From Perkinsus chesapeaki ATCC PRA-425 (Eukaryota; Protista; Perkinsozoa), in assembly GCA_013115145.1 (NCBI GenBank), contig JAAPAO010000004.1, forward strand, positions 124,001-188,000: 64,000 bases of DNA, written 5' to 3'. Of the stretch, positions 40,312 through 54,114 are shown piece by piece; positions within the stretch are counted from its first letter, which is position 1; each line of letters opens with the position of its first letter. A program made the translations under genes and the position numbers. The notes under the pieces were generated by a model. It ran no database searches. It was given only the letters and a program-made list of their open reading frames with translations, and had not been told where the DNA came from.

Positions 40312-43300
40312 TCATTGTACATGACAGCACTTAGACGATGACGACGACGAAGATGGTGGTGGTGGTGATGATGATAAGTTATGATGATGGTTGTTGTTGT
40401 TACTGTTGCTAGCCTGTGATACTGTTGGACTATTATGGGATGAGGTATTACATGGAGGGTGTATCTGGGGGCAGTATAGTTATTATATATAGATACCTTA
40501 TACCACCACAACCATCACTACCTCCTCCTCCTCCTCTTTCTCCTTCTTATCATCATTATTAACTTCCCTAATCTCTCCTGGTAAAGGCATCATCTCATCT
40601 ACTATAGTTGCTGCTGCTGCTGCTGTTGCTCTCTTATCCCTTTTAGATCTCTCTTCTTGTCTTATCCTTTCTGCCTCTATAGCTGTTAATGATTCCCCAT
40701 AAACCTGCTCCATAACCTGCCTCTCTCCTGCCTATTCCTTTATTCCTAGTACATGTAATGCTATTGCATCATTTTGCAGTATATCAAGCATTCGTTGTGT
40801 TAAACATGGAGTAAGATGTATATCCCTTTCATAATCGAATATAAAGACATCATCACCATCACCTTCAAGCTTTGAAGATACAATCCTACCATATAATTAT
40901 TAATAATAAAGATAATCCTATATATATCATCATCCTTATTACATTGTATCATCATCATCCAATTGCCATCTATATGTAATAGTAACATTATTAGCTAAAT
41001 CCTTTTGTATTAGATTATATACCTTTTTAATAATAAGACGGAATGATAATGGCTCACCAATTAACTGTGATGGTTCCTCTACTATCTAACAACAACAACA
41101 TTTGTATACCACATTTCCTCTTAATACTTATTGCAATACCTCCTCATCAGGTACTGTAGTAGTAGTGCAATCCTTTGATAATGGCCATACTGCACATGTC
41201 AATGATCCTACTGGTCTACCACTTGATGATGACATAACTTTTGCATCCAGTTCATTCTCTAATTGCATTGTTATAGACTCTAGATATATACGTGCTGTTC
41301 CTATCTCCCTTTTAAATATAATAGGATCCCAGAATGGATCATCTTCATCCTTCAATCTAACGATTATTAATAAAGCTAATGATAATACTAGATGCTAACC
41401 TTGGCTTACTTGTCTATGAATGCTGCCCCTCCTCCACCACCACCACCTTCATCACCACCACACCATGTATCAAACATATCTCTCATGAGATATATCCTAT
41501 TTTCTAATATATCTAGTGTCCAATCATATACCCTTATACCTATATATATATTACTAGTATTATAACAATAATACTATATATACCTTTATAATCAACACCA
41601 ACTAACACCTCAGTAGTAGCGCCTCCTCCTCCTTTCCTTCTCCTTTTGTCATCTATTGATAAGTCTACTGCTGCCTTTACCCGTAATACTGTATTAAAGC
41701 TAATGAATGATGTTGTTAAAGAGGAGGTTAAGTAGTATTAAGTATTTTACGTATATGGTATATCCATCTCTTTAGCTAATAATGATGCCTCCTTACACAA
41801 TGGCATAATAACCATTAAATGTTCATGTAGTATTTTAAGATCAATCTCTCTTTGTCTTCTATCATTCTAAAACCCCACTATCTATGTCTATAACCATCAC
41901 CAACATCATCACCACCTCAGCATCCTCTAATTCCTTCTGTCTTTTAAGCATTGCTTCCTTCTCCTTCTCAGCTTTCCTCCGTTGTGCTTTTAATGCCTTT
42001 TTAAGCTTCCTAACCTCTTCATTTTTCTCTTCTGATTCTTTACCTTAACCATAACCATAACCTATCCCTACCTATCCCGTACTAACTATACTATTACCTC
42101 TCTGTGACTGTATATCATTTAACTTAGCCTCATATTCATCTTCTTTAGCCTTAGCTTCTGCCTCAGCCTTCTCTCTTGCTTCCATTGCTTCCCTTATAGA
42201 TCTCTCATACCTACATACTAACATTACCTCCATCACCATTATTATTATCGTTACTCCTCTTGTCTCCTTTTCTCTGCTTCTATTTCAGCGTCACTTTTCC
42301 TATACTCTTCATCTATCATATCTCCTTGTTTAGTTGCTAACTCTTCAATACAACCATCAAAGCTTATCTATCATAACAACACCTCCTCCCAAATAACAAG
42401 CCCCCCAACCATTACTATTCCATCATCAATCAACTTCTGTCCACTTCCCTTAGTTGGATCAACATAAACAAAGCTCAGGTTGTTCTGTCTGCCAAGTATT
42501 ACTCTATCTCCATGGTTAAGCAACAAAGGTTCCTAAACAATGATAATAAAGATGTCTATAATAATAATATTACTATTACATCAGGTGTTATGATATCACC
42601 ATTAAGATAGGAATAAGACTCAGCTTCATAAGCTTCTGGATCAGCCTAGACCACAGTTATGAAATTGACGACAAGCGTAGATAATATACCTTTATTGTAA
42701 CTCTCCCATTATCACTCACTGTTATACACACTTGATATCTGATTATAATATACTAAGGTAGTAGTATCAGAGTAGTAGCATCATCATCATCCTACAACAA
42801 CAATCATACCTATGCATAAAGGATGCACCAGCAAGTAGGAATGTAGGAGGCCCTCTCGTATCATCATAATCATCATTAGGAATATCATCTATACTATCTA
42901 TACTCCTTCCTTCACTTAATAACCTCCCTCTCATCCTCTTATTATTCCTCCTCCTTTTCCCACCAAACCATGTATCGCCCTCTTGGAAACAATAGAATAT
43001 CTTCCCTAAACCATACCACCTACTATCAACAACAAAAACAACAACAACCCTATTACCATTAAGCATAGGATCCTCATTAAGATTGGTAAAGTGTGGCTTA
43101 GTAAGATCGACCTCATGACCATCATCATCCATTGCTTTACTATTCTTCTCTTTTGCCTCTGCTAATCTCTCCTACAACCATTATAATATACCTTCTACTA
43201 CTATATAACCTATCCTACTTCCCATGATCTTTGCATCTCCTTTAATGCTGCTTCCATAGCTTGTATCTCCTCTTCGTGACTAAATACTACAATATTAATA

Positions 43301-45116
43301 CCTATCTCCATATTATCACCTCTTTCTCAACTTCTCCTTTTCTAATTCATATACCATCCTTTCTTCCTCAGTCATTGACTCTGTTGCTTTAATGATCTCA
43401 GGCATTCTATCATTTACTATTCCTATCATCCCTCCAGCTACTAGGGCTTTTAACTTCTCATTTTCCTATATGAGCCCCTATGACCCCAATAACCATCGCT
43501 TACCTATGTATTACCTCTCTTAATTGCCTTATTAGCTTATCTTGTGGATCCTCATTAACTACAGCAGCATTCTTAATCTTCTTAGCTCTATCAGCATACC
43601 TAGCTCAACAGCCTTATTATATTATTACTATTATCTACCTTAATGTTGATAAGCTCTCTTCATAATTAGCACTTGCTGGGCTAATAGCACATATCATTAC
43701 CGTCTTACTTGATCCTCCCAATGCATTCTACCATATTATAACCTTATTTACTATATATACCTTATTACCTGTAATAGTCTTGTTAATTTACTATCCCTAT
43801 AAGGTATTATTGCTCCTGGTTTAGCTTTACCGGTAGCTTTATCAGCTAATGCTGATATAACATTACCAAGTGCACTCAATGATTTATTGATTGCACATCC
43901 TTCTTTTAATCTATCACCACTTGCTCCTGTTTGACCAGCCTTCTCAGATCCTATTAATACCCTATCACAACACCTTGACCATCATTATTACCGGCAAGAT
44001 CTACTAAATTAATCCTGCTCATTCTTATACCTTTTTTCTCTCCCATAATACTTATCTGCCTAATACCTTTATATTACCCTTATAACCCTATATACAACAA
44101 CTTTACTTACCTAAATTCAATCGATATAACCGTATGAGCTCTACTGCTTGTAGCATTCATCAATGTAGCTCCTACTGTACGATTACTAGTACCCTCGGCC
44201 ACTACACGTTCAATGGTGGCAAATGAATCAACTGCTCTCGATGTTATACCTTGGACGAATACACCTATATAACACCGACGATGAGGAATTGCTTATGATA
44301 GATTATATAACCCAATTGCTTGCTCTCTCTTATATCTAAACCCTTTTTAGGTCTATTACGAGGATGCACCAATAAGTCCTGTACTTGTTCATTATATATC
44401 TCTAACATTGATATTGACACCTATACCTTATTAACCCTTAGCTCTTATTACCCTTATATTACCTCATACTTTAATGTTGGTGATATTGTATCATTTATTC
44501 TTTTAAATATCTCTTCACACGCTATTGGTACTATACCCTATTGATACTATATATTAATAATAACAATAATATACTACCCTATTAGGACCATAACCCACCA
44601 TACTATAACTCTTTCCTGATCCTGTTTGACCATATGCAAAAAGACAACAATGATATCTATAGCTTATATGCTACTACTCATTCCCTATCTACCTATTAAT
44701 TATTACCCAGCCCATGCATTATTTAATACATCCAAACCAACTGCATTGAATACTACTTCTTGGTCTGCATACCTTGATAAAGGCCCTTTAGGTTTAGATA
44801 TACCACTATTAATATCAATCTATTATCAATTATACCACATCCTATCATCATTATCCATATACTACTTCATAGTCATCATGACTCCAAAATGAATAATCAA
44901 AAGTAAACCTTTTAGGATCTATACTATCCTCTGGTTCACCATTATCCAAATCCCTGCTAATATTATATATTATAATATTACCCTATAATATCATCACCTT
45001 ATAACAGTCTCATTATCTTTCATAGTTACACAGCACTTAGACGATAAACCAATCTCCCTATCATTAAACGGTCTAACTCTTACCGCTACTTTAACACTTG
45101 ATGATGAAGCATCCAT
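40312..45116 (-). CDS. Kinesin-3 family motor (KIF28/KLP-6-like) with FHA domain
   Basis: [15 protein letters not shown]; P-loop AYGQTGSGK; NATSSRAH; LVDLAG; [10 protein letters not shown]; [12 protein letters not shown] (FHA start); DPFWDP...IGTARIYL. Confidence 0.9.
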
Positions 45117-45388
45117 TATTAGGCTGGCATAAGGCTGGTATAGGTTATTAAATACATTCAACACAATACTCCTTATATTCAACGATAATACGATAATAAC
45201 GGTCATCATTATGTACTACTATAATGCTGCTGCGACTGCTGCTGCTATATTACTAGTTCGGGATTATACAATCTCAGTGCTGCTATATATGCTAAAACAA
45301 CAGTAGTAGTAATAGTGGCGATGGAGAGAGGGTTAATATATGTTCAGTGATTAGGGGGAGAAGGATAATAGGAATGGTTATAATAATA

Positions 45389-46750
45389 TTAAAACAATCC
45401 AACTGTCTTCTTAGTAGTACGCTGTTTCCATAATGGCATTGAATAAAACTTATTCATATCCATACCAAATACACTACAGAATTCCTCAGGGGAGAGGTAT
45501 CTATCAAAATAATATATCAAAATATATACTGTTATTATACTAATTATTACGCTTCCCTTTTAGATGGATTGACACCTGCTGGTAGATTCTCAGCTAACCC
45601 AAGTAGCTAGTAATACGATAAATATTATTACCTTATATGAATATAGTATTACCTGTTCTAATGGATACTTAACCTTAGAAGGATCCTCAAATGTCCTGTT
45701 ATCAGTAACAGGAGTAGCATCCACTGTAATACCTTAAATAGTATATTAGTATTAGATTATGGTTATATCATGGTCGTCACCTGTGGATGATCTAATAGGA
45801 GCATAATCTGATGATAATGATGCTCTTAAACTGCTTTGAAGGTATCCAGTATTCTGGACTTTCCATTTAAATTTAGTTTGATCATCTACAGTAGTAGTAT
45901 TATCAACATCAGCAGTTGATGGTGTTTGGACATAACCAGCAGCAGCATTAGTAGTAGTAGCCATTTCACCATCTATAACAATTATTATACATTGCTAAAG
46001 GATATCTATTACTTATAGGAGATATTAAGGTTGATGATACAGGAGATGGGGAATAAGGGTTAACCTAATACATATTCATATACAAGCTATGTATTATTAT
46101 TATTACCTTAGTTTTAGGAGTAGTTAATGTGGTATTGTCATCATTCAATGATGATGAAGTAACATCCTCCTCTCCTTTACCGGTTGTTGATGGAATTGCT
46201 GTATCAACAACCTCTATATCCCCTTGTTTGGCATCATCAACATCGGTTGTTGATGGCATTGCTGTATCAACAGCCTCTATATCGCCTTGTTTGGCATCAT
46301 CAACATCGGTTGTTGATGGCATTGCTGTATCAACAACCTCTATATCCCCTTGTTTGGCATCATCAACATTGATTGTTGATGGCATTGCTGTATCAACAGC
46401 CTCTATATCCCCTTGTTTGGCATCATCAACTGGTAATGTATTGTTAGATTCTCCTTCCATGTCAACAGTATTTTCTCCTTTATCATCGCCTTTATCTTCT
46501 ACTACTATAGACCTATTAATATTATGTATACTTTCACTAAGATATAGGCCCGTACTCATTAGTTGTATCCTTATTTCTATCGTCTGCCTTTGTATTATAG
46601 CCCTAAAGACCCTCATTATATACCCAAAACCCTTATCATTACCTCATCATCTAAAGGGGAATCATCACCTTTAACCTCATCAACAATAACTTCATCATCA
46701 GCAGTATCTTCCTTTTGCTGCTTCTTCTTATTGGACTTAGACTTTCCCAT
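45389..46750 (-). CDS. Villin-headpiece (VHP) domain protein with acidic repeat
   Basis: C-terminus LPAGVNPSKRE-AYLSPEEFCSVFGMDMNKFYSMPLWKQRTTKKTVGLF-stop is a canonical headpiece; start MGKSKSNKKK. Confidence 0.85.
46182..46430. repeat. 63-bp coding tandem repeat x4 (VDDAKQGDIEAVDTAMPSTTD)
   Basis: Units start at 46182, 46245, 46308 and 46371 (period 63). Confidence 0.95.
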
Positions 46751-46926
46751 AATAGCTCAGATTCAATAAAACTTCAAGGGTAACTGAACCTTGACCGACA
46801 CATGTAACAGCGGAGCGTAGCGATTCATGTATCAAAAAATTCAAAAAATAGCTTTTTGAGCGGAGCGATGCTGAAGGAGACTTCCCTGCGCAGTGACCTT
46901 GGTGAAAAGGGTTATCTACCTTTATT

Positions 46927-49214
46927 ATGACCATCCAGAAGATTGTAGTTAATACTACCTTATCGGGATATCACTCCCCTCTTACTTCACTAATAGCTGG
47001 TAAATATTATTATATATTTTTAATTACTATTATTCAGGTTCATTAGTTAACCTAGTTAGACCTGGCAGTATTATATTCCGTTATGTTGATAAGATCCCTA
47101 AGGCTCCTGAGAATGCTACTCTATCTGTTATGATTAATGGTGTTACTTCTATCCTTAATAATGATCTTTCCCTTGCTCGTTATATAGCTAGTTCTGCCCC
47201 TACTACATATGGTATCTATACACCAAGCCCTCAGATGGAAGCTTGGCTTGATATGGTTGATAACACTCAAAAGTTGGGTAATGATACTCTTAAGACTATC
47301 AATGATGAGCTAGCTCTTAAGACTTATCTTATTGGCCATTCCCTTACCTTGGCTGATGTTGCTGTATGGGCCCTTATTGCTAGAAGTGGTGGGGCTGCTA
47401 GACTAAAGCCTTATCCTCATGTATCTAGATGGTGGAAGTATCTTGAGGCTCAACCTGCTTTTATAACTGCTATGGAAGAATCTAAGAATAATAATAATCA
47501 ATCATCATCTGCTGCTGCTGCTGAAGAGAAGAAGAGTACAAAGGGTAAAGATCAGGCTAATCTTGAGAATAAGTTACCTGGTGCTGAAATGGGTAAAGTT
47601 GTTACTAGATTCCCACCAGAACCATCTGGATATCTTCATATTGGTCATGCTAAGGCCGCCTTACTTAATGATTACTATGCTCGTGCCTATAAAGGTAAAC
47701 TAATCATCCGTTTTGATGATACCAATCCAGCTAAGGAAAAGGCTGAATATGAACAAAGTATTATTGAAGATTTAGCTATGCTTGGTATACATGGTGATCA
47801 ATTAACACATACATCTGACAATTTCCCCTTACTTCAGAAGTATATGGAAAAGATGATTAAAATGGGTAAAGCGTATGTTGATGATACACCTGTTGATATA
47901 ATGCGTGAAGAGAGATCTAAAGGTGTTGAGTCTAAATGCCGTGATCGTAGTGTTGATGAGAATATTGCATTATGGCATGAAATGCTTAATGGTACTGAAG
48001 TTGGTCAAAAATGTGTGGTTCGAGCTAAGATATCTATGACACATAAAAATAGATGTATGAGAGATCCTACCTGTTATAGAGTTATAACCGATGTACCTCA
48101 TCATAAATGGGGTTTCCAATATAAGGCCTATCCTACATATGATTTCTGTTGTCCTATTATTGATTCTATTGAAGGTGTTACTCATGCATTAAGAACTATT
48201 GAATACGCTGATCGTAATGAGCAATATCATTGGGTACTAGATACATTAGGTTTACGTAGTGTTACCATATATGAATTCTCTCGGAGTAACTTTGTTCATA
48301 CTGTATTATCTAAACGTAAGTTAACATGGTTTGTTGATAATGGTTATGTATCTGGTTGGGATGATCCTCGTTTCCCTACTGTTCGTGGTGTACTTAGACA
48401 TGGTATGACTGTTGAAGCCTTAAGAGACTTTGTTCTTACTCAAGGTGCATCTAAAGCTGGTAATCTAATGGAATGGGATAAGATATGGACTATAAATAAA
48501 CAAAAGATAGATCCTGTTGTACCACGTTATGCAGCTGTTGGTGATGATGCTGTTGAACTTATCCTTAATGGAGCTCCTACTACTCCTACTGGTAAAGAGG
48601 AACCTAAACATCCTAAAAATCCTTCACTTGGTAATCGTCTTATCTTATTATCGGATCATGTACTTATTGATGCAAGTGATGCTGCTGAACTTAATGAAGG
48701 TGAGGAGATCACTTTAATGCATTGGGGTAATGCTATTATTGATGAGATTATTAAGGTTGGTGATAAAGTCACAGGACTTAAAGGACATTTACATTTAGAA
48801 GGAAGTGTTAAAACAACTAAAAAGAAGTTACAATGGGTAGCTAAGGTTAACAATCTATCACATCTTAAACTACGTGAATTGGATTATCTAATTACTAAGA
48901 GGAAGATTGAAGATGATGATAATGTTGAAGATTTGGTAAATCCTAATTCTGAAATTGATGTAACAGCATTGGGTGATCCTCTTATTGCAGCATCATTAAA
49001 GAAGGGTGATAGGATACAGTTAGAAAGAAAGGGTTATTTTATTGTTGATGAGATACCAATGCCATCAAATGGTAATATAATGACACTTATCAACATACCT
49101 GATGGTAAAACTAAGACTATGACTGGTAACCTTAGAACAGGTGTTGATGTATCGTCGTCATCATCACCTGAGCCTTGTAAGGATAATGACGTCAAGAAGA
49201 GTAAGAAGCAATAA
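46927..49214 (+). CDS. GluRS: Cytosolic glutamyl-tRNA synthetase with N-terminal GST-like domain
   Basis: TRFPPEPSGYLHIGH (HIGH); RFDDTNP; YPTYDF; VLSKRKL; GWDDPRFPTVRG; IQLERKGYF. One 38-nt intron at 47000-47037. Confidence 0.96.
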
Positions 49215-49440
49215 GTGTGATGATGGTCATAATACTTAACAAGTATGGTTTCTTCTTCGTCTTTAAGGTTAATGGTTGTTGTTGTTTTGTCAATGATGAT
49301 ATTATTAATATAGGCATATGGGCTGTGGAGCATCAACTGCTACTACAACAACAACAGCTGTTATGTCATCATCGTCGAACACTAACATTATTAATAATAA
49401 CAACATACAGCAAGAAGGAGATGAGGGAATAGATACAACT

Positions 49441-50452
49441 ATGGGAGGAAATACGGTAGTGATTAGTTGCGAATAGAAGGAGGAGGAGGATAAAGGTAAT
49501 TTTACATTATAGGGTGAAGTAGAAAATAGGGATGACTCTTGCCGTGCCATGCCAACAATTGGGGTAAATCCTCCGCCGCCTGAAGTGGGGTTAAAGAACG
49601 GAGAAGTGGATAAAGGAGGAGTAAGTTGAAGAGTATGGAGTGAGAATTATAATTATAATAGTCGGAGGGCGAAGATGAGGATGATGACGAGGATAACAAT
49701 GATGATGACGAAGAGGAGGAGGTACCGTTATATGATCCAAGATTCAGACGTTTAAGCCATGCTGAGTGTGATAGTAGACGTGAGAGTTTAATGCATGAAG
49801 TGGCTGAAAGGTAGTAATATAAATATATTATTATTAGTTATAATAATAGGCATTCACGACGACCTTCTATACAATTTGCATTAAATGAGAATGAAGTGAC
49901 TGAGATACCTTACGAGACAATTGAAGGAGCAGCTAATATAGGACAGAATAATAATAACGAAGATGATGATGAAGACGACGACGACGAGGAGGAGTCTGCT
50001 GGACTATCACCATCTAGTGAATCAGATGATGTCGTTGTTGTTGATGAGTTACCATCATCAACAGCAGCGGCAGCGGCAGCAGCATCTAAAAATGATGGAA
50101 CGGTAAATATCGTTATATTTATAGTAATATAAGTGTGGTATTTCAGGAGACTCGACGACGGTCATCGAATCATGAACCACGTCGAAGGTCATCACTTGAA
50201 ATGTGTTCTATTGAATCTAAAGCTGAACATGAATTAAGAGAACGTGAGATGGCACATCGAAAGTATATGGAAAAGGCAGCTATTGATGGTGAACCACATG
50301 TTGATTTTGATGTTAAGGTGAGGAGGAGGATAATAAACCTTAGTAATTAAATAATTCAATATTAGGTTGAAGTAGAAACGTATGAAGTACCAAAAGTAGT
50401 AGCAGCAGCACCATCTACTACCCCTACCGCTAATACAATCATTAATGCATGA
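49441..50452 (+). CDS. Hypothetical acidic disordered protein (5 exons) with multiple RRxS sites
   Basis: In-phase spliced model from ATG 49441 to TGA 50450-50452. Confidence 0.55.
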
Positions 50453-51244
50453 CCAGCAACAGCAGCAGCGGCAGCAGCAGCAGCATCAGGTTGCCATCAA
50501 TACTTCTCATATAGCATGTCTTATCTATTTAATGTTGTCATTATTATTATTTACTTAGTGGTTGATATGTCGTTGATAATACTCTATAGAGTTTACGTAC
50601 TCAATCAAGAACCAGGGGCAAGGAGGTAAACATAATAGATGATACCTCAGCAGCGTGACGTCTGTATCCCACTAAAAGAGTTAGGCAATGCAAGGACTCG
50701 TAGCTATATGTCCCAGAAGAGAAGCAATTTAGATCTAATATAGCAGGCAAACAACTACAAACACAGGTACAAGAGGAACAACCTCCAACCACAATACTCA
50801 GAATTGTGCGCTAGGTGATGACACTTGTAACATATCTACTTTAATTGGTACATAATACAGTGGTATAGCCCGGAGAAGGAGTTGGAACTAATTATTATAG
50901 TTATACTTATGCACCTCGGTCACGGGTGAGTCACCATCTAACGAATGGGACATCACTTGTGGGGGCGAAGAAGACATAATGGTGATTGCACGCATGTACT
51001 CGGAAATGGTTGGATACGATATAATGACCTCAGCTCGCTTTATAGTTATAATAGTAGGTGAATCTACTAGAATGTTATTATGTTATAAATATGTACAGTA
51101 GAGATTGAGGACTCTCCTCTTTTAATAGGCTGCATTACAATATAAAGGGTGTACCGCAATACGTGTATGCGTGCTAATCCATGTTCATGCGTGCAAGGGT
51201 AATTGAGGCTAGGTGATGATAGAGTGTTTGGCATTATTATTCAT

Positions 51245-52699
51245 ATGGCAACTTCTTCTCCTTGTAATGAAATGTCAACTTTAAAGGGTCCTTCTACAAA
51301 GAGTAAGATAGGATTCAACCCTTTACCTGATGGTGGACTATTGGCTTCTGCTGTGACATTATGTAAAGCAACACTGGGAGCTGGCAGTCTTGCCTTACCG
51401 GGTTCGATGATGTCAACTGGTATACCATTATCAATAATATTACTTATTGGTCTTGGTATATTATCGATGATATCTATTAATATGATTGTAAGAGCTCAAA
51501 CCCATTCTCGTATGGATACTTTTGAAGAACTAGTTAGAAGTTATTTTAATAACCTAACTGGTTATCTATTTGAGGTGGCAATGGTTATATTCTGTTTTGG
51601 TACTGCAGTAGCATATCTTATTACTGTTGGTGACCTACTTATACCAATATTCACTCGAGCGTTTGGCCAAGATGCCTTAGATCAACCGTACGCTTATCCT
51701 TTTGTCAATCGTCCAGTCTTTACCGTTATCGTCGCTGCTATACTACTACCATTATGTCTCGTTAATCGCATTAATAATATACGTTGGGTATCAATGGCTG
51801 GTGTATTATCAATATTAATCCTTGCAATATGTGTCTTCTATGTCTTCATTAAACGTGGGCTTGCTATCGATATTTCTCCATCACAAATATGGTTACCAAC
51901 TAATGGTTTTGGGCCTGTTGTTGGTGCTATATCTGGGTATATTTTTGCATATGTTTGTCAAGTAAATGTACCTCAAATATATGCTGAGCTAACACCACGT
52001 AAAGAATCATCAATGAGAATAGTCTCAGCTATATCAGTAAGCTTATGTTTCGTCACTTATCTTACCATTGGTATTTTTGGTTTCCTTACCTATGGTACAT
52101 CAACTCAAGGCTCTATAGTGAAGAATATGACAGAAGAATTCAATAATGGTGATGTCTTTGTTACTGTATCCTTCATTCTTATGGCCTTAGCAGTTCTAGC
52201 TGCCTATCCTCTTAATATATTCCCTATACGAGCATCAGTTAAAGCAACGATACGTGGTATAACAGGGAAAAGGGGGCCATTTTCGTGGTGGGTTGGACCT
52301 CTAATAGTTATTCTCAGTATAATTCTCAGTGTAGTGGTTGCTATATATCTACCTGATGTTCAGACCGTTCTGTACTTTGTTGGTTCTGTAACAGGATCAT
52401 ATATCGTATATGTGGTACCAGGAGGATTCTGTGTCAGATTACTTAACAATACATTTTATACTAATCAAGCTAATGATAGGCCGACTATTGAAGAGGCTAC
52501 CACTGTTGTCGTTGTTGATAAGGATAATTCTGCAGCTGCTGCTGCAGCTGATGTTAAAGAATATAGTGAAGATATAAGTAGATGTAAATATGACTATTCA
52601 GCATGGTTATCTTGGGGTATGATAATACTCGGATTAATCTTTTTTATTGTTGGTTCGTATCAAAGTGTTGTCGATGTCATCGATTTCTATTCAACATAA
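51245..52699 (+). CDS. Amino-acid transporter, AAAP/Aa_trans (SLC38-like), single exon
   Basis: TLCKATLGAGSLALP; FCFGTAVAYLI; LPLCL; FAYVCQVNVPQIYAEL; GIFGFLTYG; about 11 hydrophobic segments. Confidence 0.93.
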   Translation: MATSSPCNEMSTLKGPSTKSKIGFNPLPDGGLLASAVTLCKATLGAGSLALPGSMMSTGIPLSIILLIGLGILSMISINMIVRAQTHSRMDTFEELVRSYFNNLTGYLFEVAMVIFCFGTAVAYLITVGDLLIPIFTRAFGQDALDQPYAYPFVNRPVFTVIVAAILLPLCLVNRINNIRWVSMAGVLSILILAICVFYVFIKRGLAIDISPSQIWLPTNGFGPVVGAISGYIFAYVCQVNVPQIYAELTPRKESSMRIVSAISVSLCFVTYLTIGIFGFLTYGTSTQGSIVKNMTEEFNNGDVFVTVSFILMALAVLAAYPLNIFPIRASVKATIRGITGKRGPFSWWVGPLIVILSIILSVVVAIYLPDVQTVLYFVGSVTGSYIVYVVPGGFCVRLLNNTFYTNQANDRPTIEEATTVVVVDKDNSAAAAAADVKEYSEDISRCKYDYSAWLSWGMIILGLIFFIVGSYQSVVDVIDFYST

Positions 52700-53185
52700 C
52701 AGTCTTAAGCAATAATAGTATTATCGCTATTATCTATTAAACATCTCATCAAGTATCATGTTTTGGTTAAGTGTCGATAATAGAGTTAATGGCAGCAGTA
52801 GAATAGACTTATGATGAATTCAATATCAATTATTATTGCGGTTATCAGCAGCAGCAGGGGCAGGGGCAGGGCTTACGTTTGAATCAACATATGGTATACG
52901 GTATACCTGTGATGATATCTGATGAGTTGATTGCACATTTCCAAGTTGCTTGTGGAATAAGTTGAATAATTGTAATTGTGAGGTATTCAAGGTAGTAGTA
53001 GTAGTCTACTAAAGGTTAGTTTTTAATTCACGCGAACACAACAAGCTCGCGGTAAACTTGGATGAAAATAGGAAAGGTAAATACAATCACTACGATTCGG
53101 AGCAAAAAGTTTTTAAATCACCAACGCCGCCGCCACCACGGCAGCAGCAGCAGCACATAGCCTAGTCCATATAGAATGTACTAGA

Positions 53186-53979
53186 CTACGGCGACGTACT
53201 AGCGGCAAGGAGTTCTATCTTCGTAGCAAGTCATCTCAGGCAGCTCGGAAGATGACTCACCTCACCTTACTCACCCATTCGAAGAATATACCATCTACAG
53301 CCATCATCATCATCTCGTCTTCTCACAACTTGGAGTGCTTCAATAAATCGTAGTTGTATCGAGTCATATGTTGGCGAATAATTGAATGGTTAAATCACTG
53401 ATGTATTGGATGATTTTTAATGATTCTTTGTTGTTGGTAATGCCATTGGCAATATCTTACAATGCTGGGTAAGCCTATATTTACATGAAATTGGAATTCG
53501 GGCTTCACAGGTTGGTAGAATTAGGCTCTAAGCATCTAATATCGCTATTTCCTGTGGACTATATAAAGTTTAATGAGGAATAGAGCTACTGGACCATGTC
53601 GTGAGATATGGTCCCCAGGGTTTCACATGATTGTTCGTAAGTTGCACAGGTCCTCTGGAGCTTCTAGCTTCATCATTTTTAGAGCAGGCTTCAGCACAAG
53701 TACATCCTCATTTTAGCCATTGTTCTTCTTGGAAGCTAGTGAGCATTTTGTACCATGTCCGCCGCCGCCACTTGGCCACTTCGTGTCCTCGATGGCAAAG
53801 GGGGATTGATGAGAAGGACAGCAGCTGCTTTGTAGCTGCAGTGCTATGTCATGTGCATGGCAAGTGTCACTTGCCCCGTTGACATTGTCATGGTTAAGCC
53901 GTTCGTGAGGTGCGGGCAACCGCCGCTTCTTCGTGGGTAAGCATATATAACCAGTGGTAGATATGGAGGATGGTAGCAC
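53186..53979 (-). CDS. Possible hypothetical protein
   Basis: Some open exons and GT-AG pairs, but no convincing ATG or family. Confidence 0.25.
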
Positions 53980-54114
53980 TGGTAGTTTGTAACGTGTCTT
54001 ATGTAATCATGCCTTAAACAACAACAACAATGACGCTATCTATTATACACATTATCTAACTCAAGTATTATCTTATGTTTAAGTGGTGAAGTGTCAATGG
54101 AAATGGCAGTTATC

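Noticed and set aside
49547-49600. GCCGTGC…CTGAAGT as the missing 5' half of a split tRNA-Phe
   Set aside because: D-arm does not fold, the anticodon stem has a mismatch, and it lies in an exon 27 kb away on the other strand.
50601-50792. Cys-rich 63-aa ORF (MVGGCSSCTCVC…)
   Set aside because: Starts at GTG, not ATG; no splice or homology support.
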